A DNA stretch of 64,000 nt, taken from contig CAYSXY010000009.1 of the NCBI GenBank assembly GCA_964435165.1, positions 382 through 64,381 on the forward strand, written 5' to 3'. Of this stretch, positions 8,821 to 18,315 are shown in pieces. The notes under the pieces were generated by a model. That model was not told where the DNA came from. It did not search any database and was given only the letters and a program-made list of their open reading frames with translations. This DNA comes from an uncultured Rickettsiales bacterium (GTDB lineage: Bacteria > Pseudomonadota > Alphaproteobacteria > Rickettsiales > RI-342). How positions within the stretch are numbered: position 1 is the stretch's first letter; the number at the start of each line of letters is the position of its first letter. The translations under genes and the position numbers were made by a program.

Positions 8821-9555
8821 ATGGACGCCTCTCATACCCCTCCGCCGCTTGATGTTGAGCAGTTACATGTCACCCTGAATGGTCAGCCTATTCTCAACGA
8901 TATTACGCTGACGCTGCAAGATGGCGCCATCACTGGGCTCATCGGGCTCAATGGCATGGGCAAAACCACGTTGCTTAAGGCCGTGCTGGGGTTGATCCCC
9001 AGCCACACCGCGACTATTCGCCTGTACGGACAGGATGCACGGCAGCCAGAAAGCCGCCGACATGTGTGTTTCATCCCGGAGAAGTTTCAACCCTCTCCAC
9101 TCTTGACCGGTTACGATGTCGTTCGGCTGACCTTATCGCTCTATGGTCTGCCTTACGAAGACGATCGCGTGATGCGACTGCTGGATCAGTTTAGTCTCCC
9201 ACAGGCAGCCTATCGCGCCCCTATTAAACGATACTCTAAGGGCATGGTGCAAAAACTGGGACTGATTGCTGCTTTCGCCTCCGAACGGTCCTTACTCATC
9301 CTGGATGAACCGATGAGCGGGCTGGACCCATTGGCGCGCCAGCAAGTACGCCAGGCACTGATCGATTACCGTAATCGGGGACATAGCGTCTTGTTCAGCT
9401 CTCACCTGCTCGGTGATGTGGAATCACTCTGTGACGAGATCATCATTATACATGAAGGATGCCTTCGTTATGCGGGATCGGTTACTGCATTCCGAGCAAA
9501 AGCAGAAGATCAAGCAATGGAGGAACAGTTCCTCGCATCGTTGGAAACGGCTTAG
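8821..9555 (+). CDS. ABC transporter ATP-binding protein (ABC-2 type)
   Basis: Walker A GLNGMGKTT, signature YSKGM, Walker B LILDEP, SSH switch. Confidence 0.9.
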   Translation: MDASHTPPPLDVEQLHVTLNGQPILNDITLTLQDGAITGLIGLNGMGKTTLLKAVLGLIPSHTATIRLYGQDARQPESRRHVCFIPEKFQPSPLLTGYDVVRLTLSLYGLPYEDDRVMRLLDQFSLPQAAYRAPIKRYSKGMVQKLGLIAAFASERSLLILDEPMSGLDPLARQQVRQALIDYRNRGHSVLFSSHLLGDVESLCDEIIIIHEGCLRYAGSVTAFRAKAEDQAMEEQFLASLETA

Positions 9556-9582
9556 ATCGAAAGCTTTTCACGCTATCGCTTA

Positions 9583-9664
9583 TCTGACACATTTTTGGAT
9601 AGAAATGTGTCAGAAGGTTTGGGCGCCAATAAGGCGTGGCCCGCAGTCGCGGGCTGATAGCCAT
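9583..9664. repeat. Multi-hairpin intergenic element related to 51720-51796
   Basis: 12-bp stem 9583-9594/9603-9614; AATAAG; GCCCGC-AGTC-GCGGGC hairpin; TGATAGCCAT. Confidence 0.7.
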
Positions 9665-9693
9665 TTAGTATGTATGACTATCATGTTGAGGCC

Positions 9694-10254
9694 TCATACA
9701 CGTGAATGCCCCGGCACCCATAAGACATCCTGATGGCCATAGTGGTTACAACAGCGCGACATGACAAACAGGTGATCAGAGAGACGATTCAGATAACGTA
9801 AGGCTTCAGGGTTAATCGCCTCCGCTGCCCTCAACGCCGTCACTTCACGCTCGGCCCGGCGTGTAATGGTGCGGGCCAGGTGCAAATAGGCGGCGGCTGG
9901 CGACCCTCCCGGTAGCACAAAGGAATGAAGCGGCGCAAGCCGGGCATTCATCGCATCAATTTCTTTCTCCAACCGGTCGACCTGCTTCGCTGTGATGCGA
10001 AGTGCCTGCTCTGCATCAGCCAGTGGTGTGCTTAAATCAGCGCCTAAATCAAACAGATCATGCTGCACGGTTTCCAGCATGCCATCAACATTCGCCAATG
10101 TATGCAACCGAGCCACGCCTATGGCGGCATTAATTTCATCCACCGTGCCGTAAGCCGCGACCCGAAGATGATCCTTGCGCACCCGAGCGCCATCAGTGAG
10201 CGACGTTTCTCCTTCATCACCACCGCGCGTGTAAATGCGATCAAGTTTGACCAT
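9694..10254 (-). CDS. PduO-type cob(I)alamin adenosyltransferase
   Basis: RIYTRGGDEGET, YGTVDEIN, FVLPGG, RRAER and YLNRLSDHLF motifs. Confidence 0.93.
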   Translation of the reverse strand: MVKLDRIYTRGGDEGETSLTDGARVRKDHLRVAAYGTVDEINAAIGVARLHTLANVDGMLETVQHDLFDLGADLSTPLADAEQALRITAKQVDRLEKEIDAMNARLAPLHSFVLPGGSPAAAYLHLARTITRRAEREVTALRAAEAINPEALRYLNRLSDHLFVMSRCCNHYGHQDVLWVPGHSRV

Positions 10255-10445
10255 TATTGCCCCGCCAGCATGGCAGCACCGGCAATCAGAATAATCACCA
10301 ATGCCTGCAAGGCAACCCGGAGCGTCATCAGCTTGTTGCTATATTTTTCGTTGGCTTTTCCACCTTTCATCATCAAGATGACACCCACAAACACCACGAG
10401 CAGCGTGATGACCATTAACACCATGATAAATGTATTCATTACCAC
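10254..10445 (-). CDS. Twin-transmembrane-helix small protein (HIG1-like)
   Basis: Two TM helices around GG…N.KYSNKLM.LRV.LQ; usual position upstream of the adenosyltransferase in alphaproteobacteria. Confidence 0.85.
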   Translation of the reverse strand: MVMNTFIMVLMVITLLVVFVGVILMMKGGKANEKYSNKLMTLRVALQALVIILIAGAAMLAGQ

Positions 10446-10551
10446 TCCGTTGATTTACGTCAGAATTGCCTTGTGTCGATTCCGGGGAACTGTAGTCTAT
10501 CCGCCAAGAGAGTGAAACCTTAATTCAGACATCCTGACACTGGCGGTTACT

Positions 10552-11232
10552 ATGAACACATTCCCGGATCTTATTGGCCCTGAACTTTCGCCACGCAGTG
10601 GGGGCTCCCCTAAGCAGCTGGTGTTACTGCTCCATGGGCTCGGCGCCGATGGGAATGATTTGTTTCCCATTGCGCAGGAATTCGCTCCCTTCCTGCCTGA
10701 TGCACATTTTATCTCCCTGCAAGCGCCCTATCCCTGCGATATGGCCCCCATGGGTTATCAGTGGTTTTCATTGCAGGACCGTTCTGAAGAGACGCTTCGC
10801 AAAGAGGTAGGCACCATCGCCCCCGTGCTGGACCACTGTATTGATCAGCAATTGCAACGCTTTTCGCTGGATGACAGCAAACTGGCATTGCTGGGCTTTT
10901 CACAAGGGACGATGATGGCTCTCTTCACTTCCATTCGCCGCGCCCGGCCTTGTGCGGGAGTGTTGGGGTATTCCGGCCTGCTGATTGATGGTGATGGGTT
11001 GGATGCCGTCGTACAAAGCCGTCCACCGATCTGCCTGATTCATGGCGATGCTGATATGGTGGTGCCCTTTGAATGTACTCCGCTGGCGGCCAATGCGCTG
11101 AAGCAATCGGGTTTTACGGTGGATATCCATCGCTGCGAAGGGATTGGCCATGGTATTGATGCCAAAGGCCTAAAGCTTGGCATCGAATTCCTGACATCCT
11201 GCTACGGCATAGACCTCAGCGAAGCGGCCTAG
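10552..11232 (+). CDS. Phospholipase/carboxylesterase family alpha/beta hydrolase
   Basis: LLHGLGAD, GFSQG nucleophile elbow, HG.AD.VV, GHGI. Confidence 0.9.
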   Translation: MNTFPDLIGPELSPRSGGSPKQLVLLLHGLGADGNDLFPIAQEFAPFLPDAHFISLQAPYPCDMAPMGYQWFSLQDRSEETLRKEVGTIAPVLDHCIDQQLQRFSLDDSKLALLGFSQGTMMALFTSIRRARPCAGVLGYSGLLIDGDGLDAVVQSRPPICLIHGDADMVVPFECTPLAANALKQSGFTVDIHRCEGIGHGIDAKGLKLGIEFLTSCYGIDLSEAA

Positions 11233-12425
11233 CCAACCTCGTCGTCATGCTGGCCAAGCAACGGTGGTGCTGAGGGGGGGGCTAGTGTGGTCAGGGAATA
11301 GTTGATCGGGCTGCGCATCAGTGGAACATGCGATGCCGCGGGGTGAGCGGTCTGGACGATCATGCCACGCGCCGCCGTTTGTGGATGCTGCTGCGCCTCG
11401 GTGATTGTCAGCACCGGGCCGCAAGGAATGCCGGCATTGTCACACTGCACCAGCCACTCCTCAGCCGTGCGTGTCAGTAATGCTGCTTCCAGCAACGGTA
11501 ACAACTGACCACGATGTGCCACGCGCTGTGGATTTGTGGCAAAGCGCTCGTCTCCTGCCCACTCTGGATGTTGCAGCACCTCACATAATTTCCCAAACTG
11601 CCGATCATTGCCGACGGCAATGACAATCGGCCGATCAGCGGTATGACATAATTGATAGGGCACAATCATCGGGTGGCAATTGCCGATGCGTTCAGGCGGT
11701 GACCCGCTTAGCAGGCTTGCCATCCCCTGATTGGCCAGCATCGCCAACTGACAATCAAACAATGCCAGATCAATATGCTGTCCTTTGCCTGACGCCGGAT
11801 GGTCAGGCGTGTCACGGGCAATCAGCGCCCCCAATATCGCCTGCGTCGCTACCATACCTGTGTAAAGGTCTGCGATGGGAATGCCCACCCGCATCGGCTC
11901 GCCGCCCTCCTCATCCGGCGCACCGGTGATGCTCATCAGGCCTCCCATGGCCTGCATCATGTAATCATAGCCCGGTTTGTCTTTCAGCGGTCCTGTCTGG
12001 CCAAAGCCGGTAATGGAGCAATAGACCAGTCGCGGATTGACTGCGAGTAACTGCTCCGGCCCAAGCTGGTAACGCGCCAGCGTGCCGGGCAGAAAATTTT
12101 CTACCAGCACATCGGCCTTCAACGCCAGGCGGTGCAGACGCGCCTGACCTTCGACAGTGGTAATGTCTACGCAAATGGATTGTTTGCCACGATTTGCCGC
12201 CAGATAATAGCCCGACTCGCTCGTCGGCTCACCGGCCTCATCAGACAGGTAGGGCGGCCCCCAGCTTCGCGTATCATCCCCTCGCTCCGGACGCTCGACT
12301 TTGATGACCGTTGCACCGAGGTCCGCCAGATTTTGGGTCGCCCATGGCCCGGCTAATACCCGGCTCATATCCAGCACGGTAATGTGCGAGAGTGGCGGCA
12401 TCGATGTTTTATCGTCTTTCTTCAT
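11229..12425 (-). CDS. CaiB/BaiF family (class III) CoA-transferase
   Basis: VLDMSRVLAGP, LADLGA.VIKVE, NRGK.S, YCSITGFG, GYD motifs. Confidence 0.93.
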   Translation of the reverse strand: MKKDDKTSMPPLSHITVLDMSRVLAGPWATQNLADLGATVIKVERPERGDDTRSWGPPYLSDEAGEPTSESGYYLAANRGKQSICVDITTVEGQARLHRLALKADVLVENFLPGTLARYQLGPEQLLAVNPRLVYCSITGFGQTGPLKDKPGYDYMMQAMGGLMSITGAPDEEGGEPMRVGIPIADLYTGMVATQAILGALIARDTPDHPASGKGQHIDLALFDCQLAMLANQGMASLLSGSPPERIGNCHPMIVPYQLCHTADRPIVIAVGNDRQFGKLCEVLQHPEWAGDERFATNPQRVAHRGQLLPLLEAALLTRTAEEWLVQCDNAGIPCGPVLTITEAQQHPQTAARGMIVQTAHPAASHVPLMRSPINYSLTTLAPPSAPPLLGQHDDEVG

Positions 12426-13600
12426 GCGGCGCTCTGATCGTGCTTAGAGACAGCAGCCGTTGCCTGTTCTACCGATGATGATTGTGTTTCTTTTAACTCT
12501 GCTTCAGACGGTGCCTCTTCCTGCGACTCCTGCCGATGATCGGCTCCGATCGCATCGCTGATATGCGCAAAACCATCCTGCGCCAATTGCTCAGCGAGCT
12601 CTTCCTTAATACGCTCGACAACCCCAAAGCCTTGATAGACGAGCGCGGTGTACAGCTCGACCAGACTGGCCCCGGCGCGGATTTTACGATAGGCATCTGC
12701 ACCATCGGCAACCCCACCTACTCCCACCAGCGGAATTTTGCCCTCTGTCAGCTTATACATATCGCTCAATATGCAGGTCGACCATTCCATGAGTGGGGCA
12801 CCACTCAGGCCTCCTGCCTCTTTAGCGTGTATACTTTGCAGTGTATCAGGACGAGCCGTGGTCGTATTGGTGGCGATGATGCCGTCTATTTCATGAAATA
12901 AGGCTAACTCCGCGATATCATGCTTTGTGGTTTGGCTGATGTCCGGCGCAATTTTGAGCAGGAGCGGCACGGTTTTGCCGTGCGCTTTGGCCAACGCATT
13001 GCGCTCTTTCATGAGCAGCATCAGTAAATTGTCTAATTCTTTCCTGTCTTGCAGATCACGCAGACCCGGTGTGTTGGGCGATGAGACATTGACGACAATA
13101 CCATCTGCCAGTTCATAACACTGATTCATCACCGTCAGATAATCCGCCTCGGCTACCGTCGTGTGTTTATTCTTGCCGATATTCACCCATAATGGCCCGG
13201 GCAAGGCACCACGTGCACGCTCTTCGCGCAATCGTTCGCAGACGGTTGATGCACCGTCGCTGTTAAAGCCATAACGATTGATGACGGCCTGATCTTCCGC
13301 TAGCCGGAACACGCGGGGCCTGTCATTGCCAGGTTGCGCCTGCGGCGTCACCGTCCCCACCTCCAGAAAACCAAAACCCTGAGCAAATAAAGAGCGCACC
13401 GCCTCTCCCTGCTTATCAAAGCCGGCGGCCAGACCAAGTGGATTACTGAAAGTGCGATCCCACAGGCGCTGGGTCAATACGGAATAGGTTACCTCGACCG
13501 GCTCGGGAATCAGATCATGCTTCAGCGCCCAGATACCAACGGCATGTGCCGTCTCAGGCGGTAAAAAACGTATCATACGAAAAAGCAGCGCGGCCAGCAT
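12422..13600 (-). CDS. pyrD: Quinone-dependent dihydroorotate dehydrogenase
   Basis: NPLGLAAGFDK, INRYGFN, NVSSPNTPGLR, LKIAPD, TNTT, GGLSG. Confidence 0.95.
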   Translation of the reverse strand: MLAALLFRMIRFLPPETAHAVGIWALKHDLIPEPVEVTYSVLTQRLWDRTFSNPLGLAAGFDKQGEAVRSLFAQGFGFLEVGTVTPQAQPGNDRPRVFRLAEDQAVINRYGFNSDGASTVCERLREERARGALPGPLWVNIGKNKHTTVAEADYLTVMNQCYELADGIVVNVSSPNTPGLRDLQDRKELDNLLMLLMKERNALAKAHGKTVPLLLKIAPDISQTTKHDIAELALFHEIDGIIATNTTTARPDTLQSIHAKEAGGLSGAPLMEWSTCILSDMYKLTEGKIPLVGVGGVADGADAYRKIRAGASLVELYTALVYQGFGVVERIKEELAEQLAQDGFAHISDAIGADHRQESQEEAPSEAELKETQSSSVEQATAAVSKHDQSAA

Positions 13601-13815
13601 GTAAGCGCCCCATCATTTTTGTGAAGTCGATCTTTCGTTATGTAACCTAAAAGCTGCATTTGCGCTATGGCTTGTGCTTTTGAGAGGCGAAACAACCGTC
13701 TATCTACAAAATAAAGGGGTGCAGAAGTGACGCTATACGCATATAATGTAACGTGTGTATATGCGCGTTGACGTCCGGCCTGTAAGGACAGCGCGTCCCA
13801 CCCACCGGGAACGAC

Positions 13816-15504
13816 ATGCTGATGATGGCATCATTACAACAAAAACAGCACCGGGCGCTTTCTGGTTTTCGCTTTATTCAGGCGCGCCGCTCGTCTCTCT
13901 GCTATCTGTTTGTGTTTAGTGTGATGATACTGGCCATCAGTATCCTTCTGCCTGAACGCGCATATGCCCAAGATGTTACTGAGACCGGGTCAGGGGCACC
14001 GGTGATCACCCCCTCTATGCTGCGTGAGCAGTTTGGCGATGAGCCGGAGGATGATTTATTCGATTTTGAAGAAGATGACCCCTTGTTATTGGATGAGCCG
14101 GAGGAAGATCAGCAACGCCTGGATACGCTGCGTGATACTAGCATCCAACCTGTATCACCCACTCCTGCCGATAGCACAGCAACGGATATGCCGGACGTTC
14201 CATCACCGGAAGATGCTGTCACGGAAGCGACTGATATTGCACCGCAAGCGCCAAGGGCCGTTCCTTCCGTGCCTTCGCCGCCAGAGGATAGTGATACTAC
14301 GCCTACCCAGCCTGAAGTCGATATTCCCGATATACCCGTGACCGCTGATACACCGGTGGTTGCCCCAGACGATACTCCATCAGCGCCAACCGAGACGACA
14401 AGGATTGTTGCCCCCACTGTCATTCCGGCTATGCCTGACGCAGACCAGGCATATGTCCCTCCCTTATCTCACACATCGCAGACGGAAGCTCCTCCTCCCG
14501 ACACATCTGCAACTGTCCAATCATCGATGGATGATGATGCATTGATGGATTTATTCATGATCACTCCTGCGGATGAATCTCTTACCACCTCCATGCCCGA
14601 TCAAGCGCCGCACGTCCCATCCAGCTTGAATCCCTCCCCGTCACCTGCCGAGCCAGATCAACCATCTGCACCGGTGACTGGTAGAATGGCAGATGCCCCG
14701 ACTGAGCTATACATTGACCGTTCCGGCTCACATCCGTTTCTAAGCCCAGCGACACTGGATATCTTGCAACAATTGCCTTCCGGCCTATCCAGCATTGACG
14801 AAGAAGATCAGCAGAAGGGCCCAATTGCCATTCAACGCGGTGAATCGACTGAAGGGATGTTTCCGATTGAAGGCTATCAGGATGACAGCCCGGTAGGGAT
14901 GAGCATCTCCGTGTCAGATGATGATAAGAGCATCGAAACATTACTGGATCAGGCATATGAGGCGCTGATTTTTGGCCAGACCGAGAGCGCTATCCACATT
15001 TATAAAAATGTCCTGTTGCGCGAACCGGAACACCAATTGGCATTGTTTGGCCTGGCAACCTCTTACCAGCGCACCCGTCAGTTTACGCAGGCACGATTGG
15101 TCTATAATCGCCTATTCTCGCTCTATCCGGATTATCCGGAGGCACTGAATAACTTTCTCGCACTGGTCGCTGAGGAGGCGCCGGATGAAGCCCTGGCTGA
15201 AATGGAACGGCTGGAGAAGCGCAACCCCCATTTCAGTCCGATTCCTGCTCAGATGGGAATGGTTCATCTGCAAGTCGGGCATTTTGATTTAGCTGCGCGC
15301 AAGCTGGCCCGGGCGGTCAGCCTGTCACCGGAGAATTTATCCTATCGCTACAACCTTGCTATCGCCATGGATAAGCTGGGAGATAAAAAAGAAGCCGGAC
15401 GGCTCTACAAGCAAATTATTGATGCCGTGAATACTGGCATGCCGCCGCCGGCTCCCATTGAGGCAATTCAGGAAAGATTAACTTTTCTACGCGCTAATAG
15501 GTAG
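13816..15504 (+). CDS. Exported TPR protein with long acidic Pro/Thr-rich linker (possible pilus accessory factor)
   Basis: Signal-like segment (…RAYA↓Q), low-complexity D/P/T region, C-terminal TPR repeats (ALFGLA, ALNNF, YRYNLAIA); directly upstream of pilT. Confidence 0.7.
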   Translation: MLMMASLQQKQHRALSGFRFIQARRSSLCYLFVFSVMILAISILLPERAYAQDVTETGSGAPVITPSMLREQFGDEPEDDLFDFEEDDPLLLDEPEEDQQRLDTLRDTSIQPVSPTPADSTATDMPDVPSPEDAVTEATDIAPQAPRAVPSVPSPPEDSDTTPTQPEVDIPDIPVTADTPVVAPDDTPSAPTETTRIVAPTVIPAMPDADQAYVPPLSHTSQTEAPPPDTSATVQSSMDDDALMDLFMITPADESLTTSMPDQAPHVPSSLNPSPSPAEPDQPSAPVTGRMADAPTELYIDRSGSHPFLSPATLDILQQLPSGLSSIDEEDQQKGPIAIQRGESTEGMFPIEGYQDDSPVGMSISVSDDDKSIETLLDQAYEALIFGQTESAIHIYKNVLLREPEHQLALFGLATSYQRTRQFTQARLVYNRLFSLYPDYPEALNNFLALVAEEAPDEALAEMERLEKRNPHFSPIPAQMGMVHLQVGHFDLAARKLARAVSLSPENLSYRYNLAIAMDKLGDKKEAGRLYKQIIDAVNTGMPPPAPIEAIQERLTFLRANR

Positions 15505-15559
15505 ACGCAGCGGCAGGTACTGTGCTTGCCTCTCATCCCCCTGATTGCCGGAGACTCTC

Positions 15560-16666
15560 GTGGATATCACGGAACTGCTCAGTTTCAGCAAGCGTAATAA
15601 CGCCTCTGACCTTCATTTATCCGCCAGCAATCCGCCCTTAGTGCGCATTCATGGCGATATGCTGCCTATGAAAACGCCTCCGCTCAATGATGAGCAGGTC
15701 AAACAATTGCTTTATTCCATCATGACGGAACAGCAGCGTGCGATTTTCGAGCGCGAATTTGAAATCGATTTTGCGGTATCGTTCGGCGAAAATATGCGGT
15801 TTCGTGTGAATGTGTTTAACACCATCAACGGCCCGGCCGCCGTCTTGCGTGATATTCCCACGCGCGTCCTGACGCTTGATGAAATCAGCGCCCCCGACGT
15901 GCTGAAGCGCCTTGCCAGCTTGAATAAAGGATTAGTATTGGTGACCGGCCCGACCGGTAGTGGAAAATCAACCACGCTGGCGGCGATGGCGGATTACATC
16001 AATGCCAACTTTAATCATCATATTCTCACCGTCGAAGACCCGGTTGAGTTCGTACATACCTCTCAGCGCTCCCTGGTCAACCAGCGCGAAGTAGGCGGCA
16101 GCACCAAATCGTTCGCACAAGCCCTGAAAAGTGCGCTTCGTGAAGACCCTGACATTATCCTGGTCGGTGAGATGCGCGACCTGGAGACGATTCAACTGGC
16201 TTTGACAGCGGCGGAGACCGGCCACCTGGTTATGGGAACGCTGCATACCAACTCCGCACCGAAAACGATTGACCGTATTATTGATGTCTTTCCGGCCAAT
16301 GATAAAGAAATGATTCGCTCCATGCTCTCTGCCTCATTGGAAGCTGTCGTCACCCAGACATTGATGAAACGGGCTGATGGTAAAGGACGGATTGCGGCTC
16401 ACGAAATATTATTAGGGACCGGTGCCGTGCGTAATCTGATTCGTGAAGGTAAAATTCCGCAACTCTACTCCCTGATGCAAATGGGCTCTAAAAGCGGCAT
16501 GCAGACCATGAAAGATTCCGTTTATCGCCTGGTAAATGACGGATTGGTCACCGATGTGGCGGCCAAGGCAGCGCTGGCAACAAGCACCGACGATAATGAC
16601 AATGATACCGGATCACGCCACACCAATATGCAGCCACGACCGGCCGCGGGTGGTACCGGCTTTTAA
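15560..16666 (+). CDS. pilT: Type IV pilus retraction ATPase PilT
   Basis: GTG start giving MDITELL; ASDLHL, GPTGSGKSTT, ALREDPD, AVRNLIRE motif. Confidence 0.95.
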   Translation: MDITELLSFSKRNNASDLHLSASNPPLVRIHGDMLPMKTPPLNDEQVKQLLYSIMTEQQRAIFEREFEIDFAVSFGENMRFRVNVFNTINGPAAVLRDIPTRVLTLDEISAPDVLKRLASLNKGLVLVTGPTGSGKSTTLAAMADYINANFNHHILTVEDPVEFVHTSQRSLVNQREVGGSTKSFAQALKSALREDPDIILVGEMRDLETIQLALTAAETGHLVMGTLHTNSAPKTIDRIIDVFPANDKEMIRSMLSASLEAVVTQTLMKRADGKGRIAAHEILLGTGAVRNLIREGKIPQLYSLMQMGSKSGMQTMKDSVYRLVNDGLVTDVAAKAALATSTDDNDNDTGSRHTNMQPRPAAGGTGF

Positions 16667-16695
16667 TTCATTTAGGGAGATGACAGGATACACCG

Positions 16696-17838
16696 ATGTT
16701 AGACGCCAACAGCCCGATCGCTCCCCTGCTACAACACATGATCAGCAATGAAGCATCTGACTTATACTTAACGGTTGGCGCTCCTCCCTGCCTTCGCCTG
16801 AGTGATCGTATTCAACCCATTGGGGAGTCAGCCCTGACCGCGGAGGATATTCAGCACTATATCGACACCTTGCTCGATGATGAGAAGAAAAAGGAATTTG
16901 ACCAGGAGCTGGAACTGAATATGTCGCTCAACTGGGAGCAAAATGGTCGTTTTCGTGCCAATTTCTTCTGGCAGCAACAACGGCCTGGCATTGTCATTCG
17001 CCGTATCCATACCAAAATCCCGACAGTAGAAGAATTGCACCTGCCGGATGCGTATCAAAAACTCATTATGTTCCGTCGCGGCTTATCGATCATTGTTGGC
17101 ATGACCGGTTCCGGCAAATCAACCTCACTCGCCGCGATGCTGGGCTATCGCAATCACCATGGCTCGGGTCATATCATCACGATTGAAGACCCGATTGAAT
17201 ATGTCCACCCGCATCGGCACTGTATTTTCACTCAGCGTGAAATCGGGATTGATACAAATTCCTACGCCAATGCGCTTAAAAATGCCTTGCGTCAGCGCCC
17301 GGATGTGGTGCTGGTTGGCGAGATTCGTGATTATGAAGTGATGGAGCAATCACTGAATTTTGCCGAAAGCGGGCATCTGGTCGTGGCAACCTTGCATGCC
17401 AATAGTGCGAATCAGGCGATTGAGCGTATTATCAGCTTCTTTCCCGAAGAAAAACGCGCCCAGGTACGCAAACAGCTTGCAGCTAATTTGCGCGGCATCA
17501 TTGCCCAGCGCCTGTTACCGAACCGTCAGAACGGCCGCAGCCTGGCGATTGAGATTCTGCTGAATGAAGGGTCCATCTCACAACTGATCGAAGAGGGAAA
17601 AATCAAAGACATTAAAGAAATCATGGCGAAATCGCGCGGTCAGGGCATGCAAACCTTCGATCAATGCCTGTATGATTTATACACAGCCGGTCATATCAGT
17701 GAAGAAATCGCCCTGGCGGAAGCCGATAATCCGACCAATCTGTCGCTGCAATTCAAGCAATATCATACTACTGATGAAGGGCAGGCCCAGCGTGGCCATC
17801 TCAATGTTGGTATGTCCGGCTTTCAATCGACGGGTTGA
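16696..17838 (+). CDS. pilU: Type IV pilus retraction ATPase PilU
   Basis: ASDLYLTVGAPP, GMTGSGKSTS, TLHANSANQAIERIISFFP, GMQTFDQ; follows pilT. Confidence 0.9.
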   Translation: MLDANSPIAPLLQHMISNEASDLYLTVGAPPCLRLSDRIQPIGESALTAEDIQHYIDTLLDDEKKKEFDQELELNMSLNWEQNGRFRANFFWQQQRPGIVIRRIHTKIPTVEELHLPDAYQKLIMFRRGLSIIVGMTGSGKSTSLAAMLGYRNHHGSGHIITIEDPIEYVHPHRHCIFTQREIGIDTNSYANALKNALRQRPDVVLVGEIRDYEVMEQSLNFAESGHLVVATLHANSANQAIERIISFFPEEKRAQVRKQLAANLRGIIAQRLLPNRQNGRSLAIEILLNEGSISQLIEEGKIKDIKEIMAKSRGQGMQTFDQCLYDLYTAGHISEEIALAEADNPTNLSLQFKQYHTTDEGQAQRGHLNVGMSGFQSTG

Positions 17839-18227
17839 TCCATGCCTCTGACCAATCAGCCACGTGTTCAGTTCTCCAAAGGGGCGTTATTTTCCGCAAA
17901 GATGATCCGGGTGCGCATGCTTATTGTATCCTGAGTGGAAAGGTTGAATTAGCCAGTGGGTATGAATCACACCAGCATGTTATTGATCGGCCTGGTGAAG
18001 GCGGTGTGTTCGGCAAAATGGCTTTATTGGCAGGTAAAAAACGTCTGCTAACGGCCACTGCCCTGGCGGATACGGAATGCGCGGTCATCGATGAACTCTC
18101 CCTCCGCACGAAGATAAAGGAATCTTCACCGTTTATTCGTGCCTTACTCAACGTACTGACCCAGACCCTGATTCGGCTGCAGTCAGAGCGATCAGATCCG
18201 CCCACCACCCCATCCAATAAGGCGTGA
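17835..18227 (+). CDS. Stand-alone cyclic-nucleotide-binding (CAP-ED-like) domain protein, non-canonical pocket
   Basis: IFR.DDPG..AYCILSGKVE…G.VFGKMALL…R..TATA pattern; TTG start overlaps the pilU stop. Confidence 0.7.
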   Translation: MIHASDQSATCSVLQRGVIFRKDDPGAHAYCILSGKVELASGYESHQHVIDRPGEGGVFGKMALLAGKKRLLTATALADTECAVIDELSLRTKIKESSPFIRALLNVLTQTLIRLQSERSDPPTTPSNKA

Positions 18228-18315
18228 GCAACTTATTAGGGCTTGACCTCTTCTGATTCTGTGACAGAAAAGCGAATATTCGCTTTTTTGATATCAACTC
18301 ATTATCGGTCATCGC

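Noticed and set aside
9620-9664. c-di-GMP-I riboswitch-like TGATAGCC ending (also at 51787)
   Set aside because: No GGCAAA/GNRA hairpin/GACGCAAA core, and the first copy lies between convergent genes.
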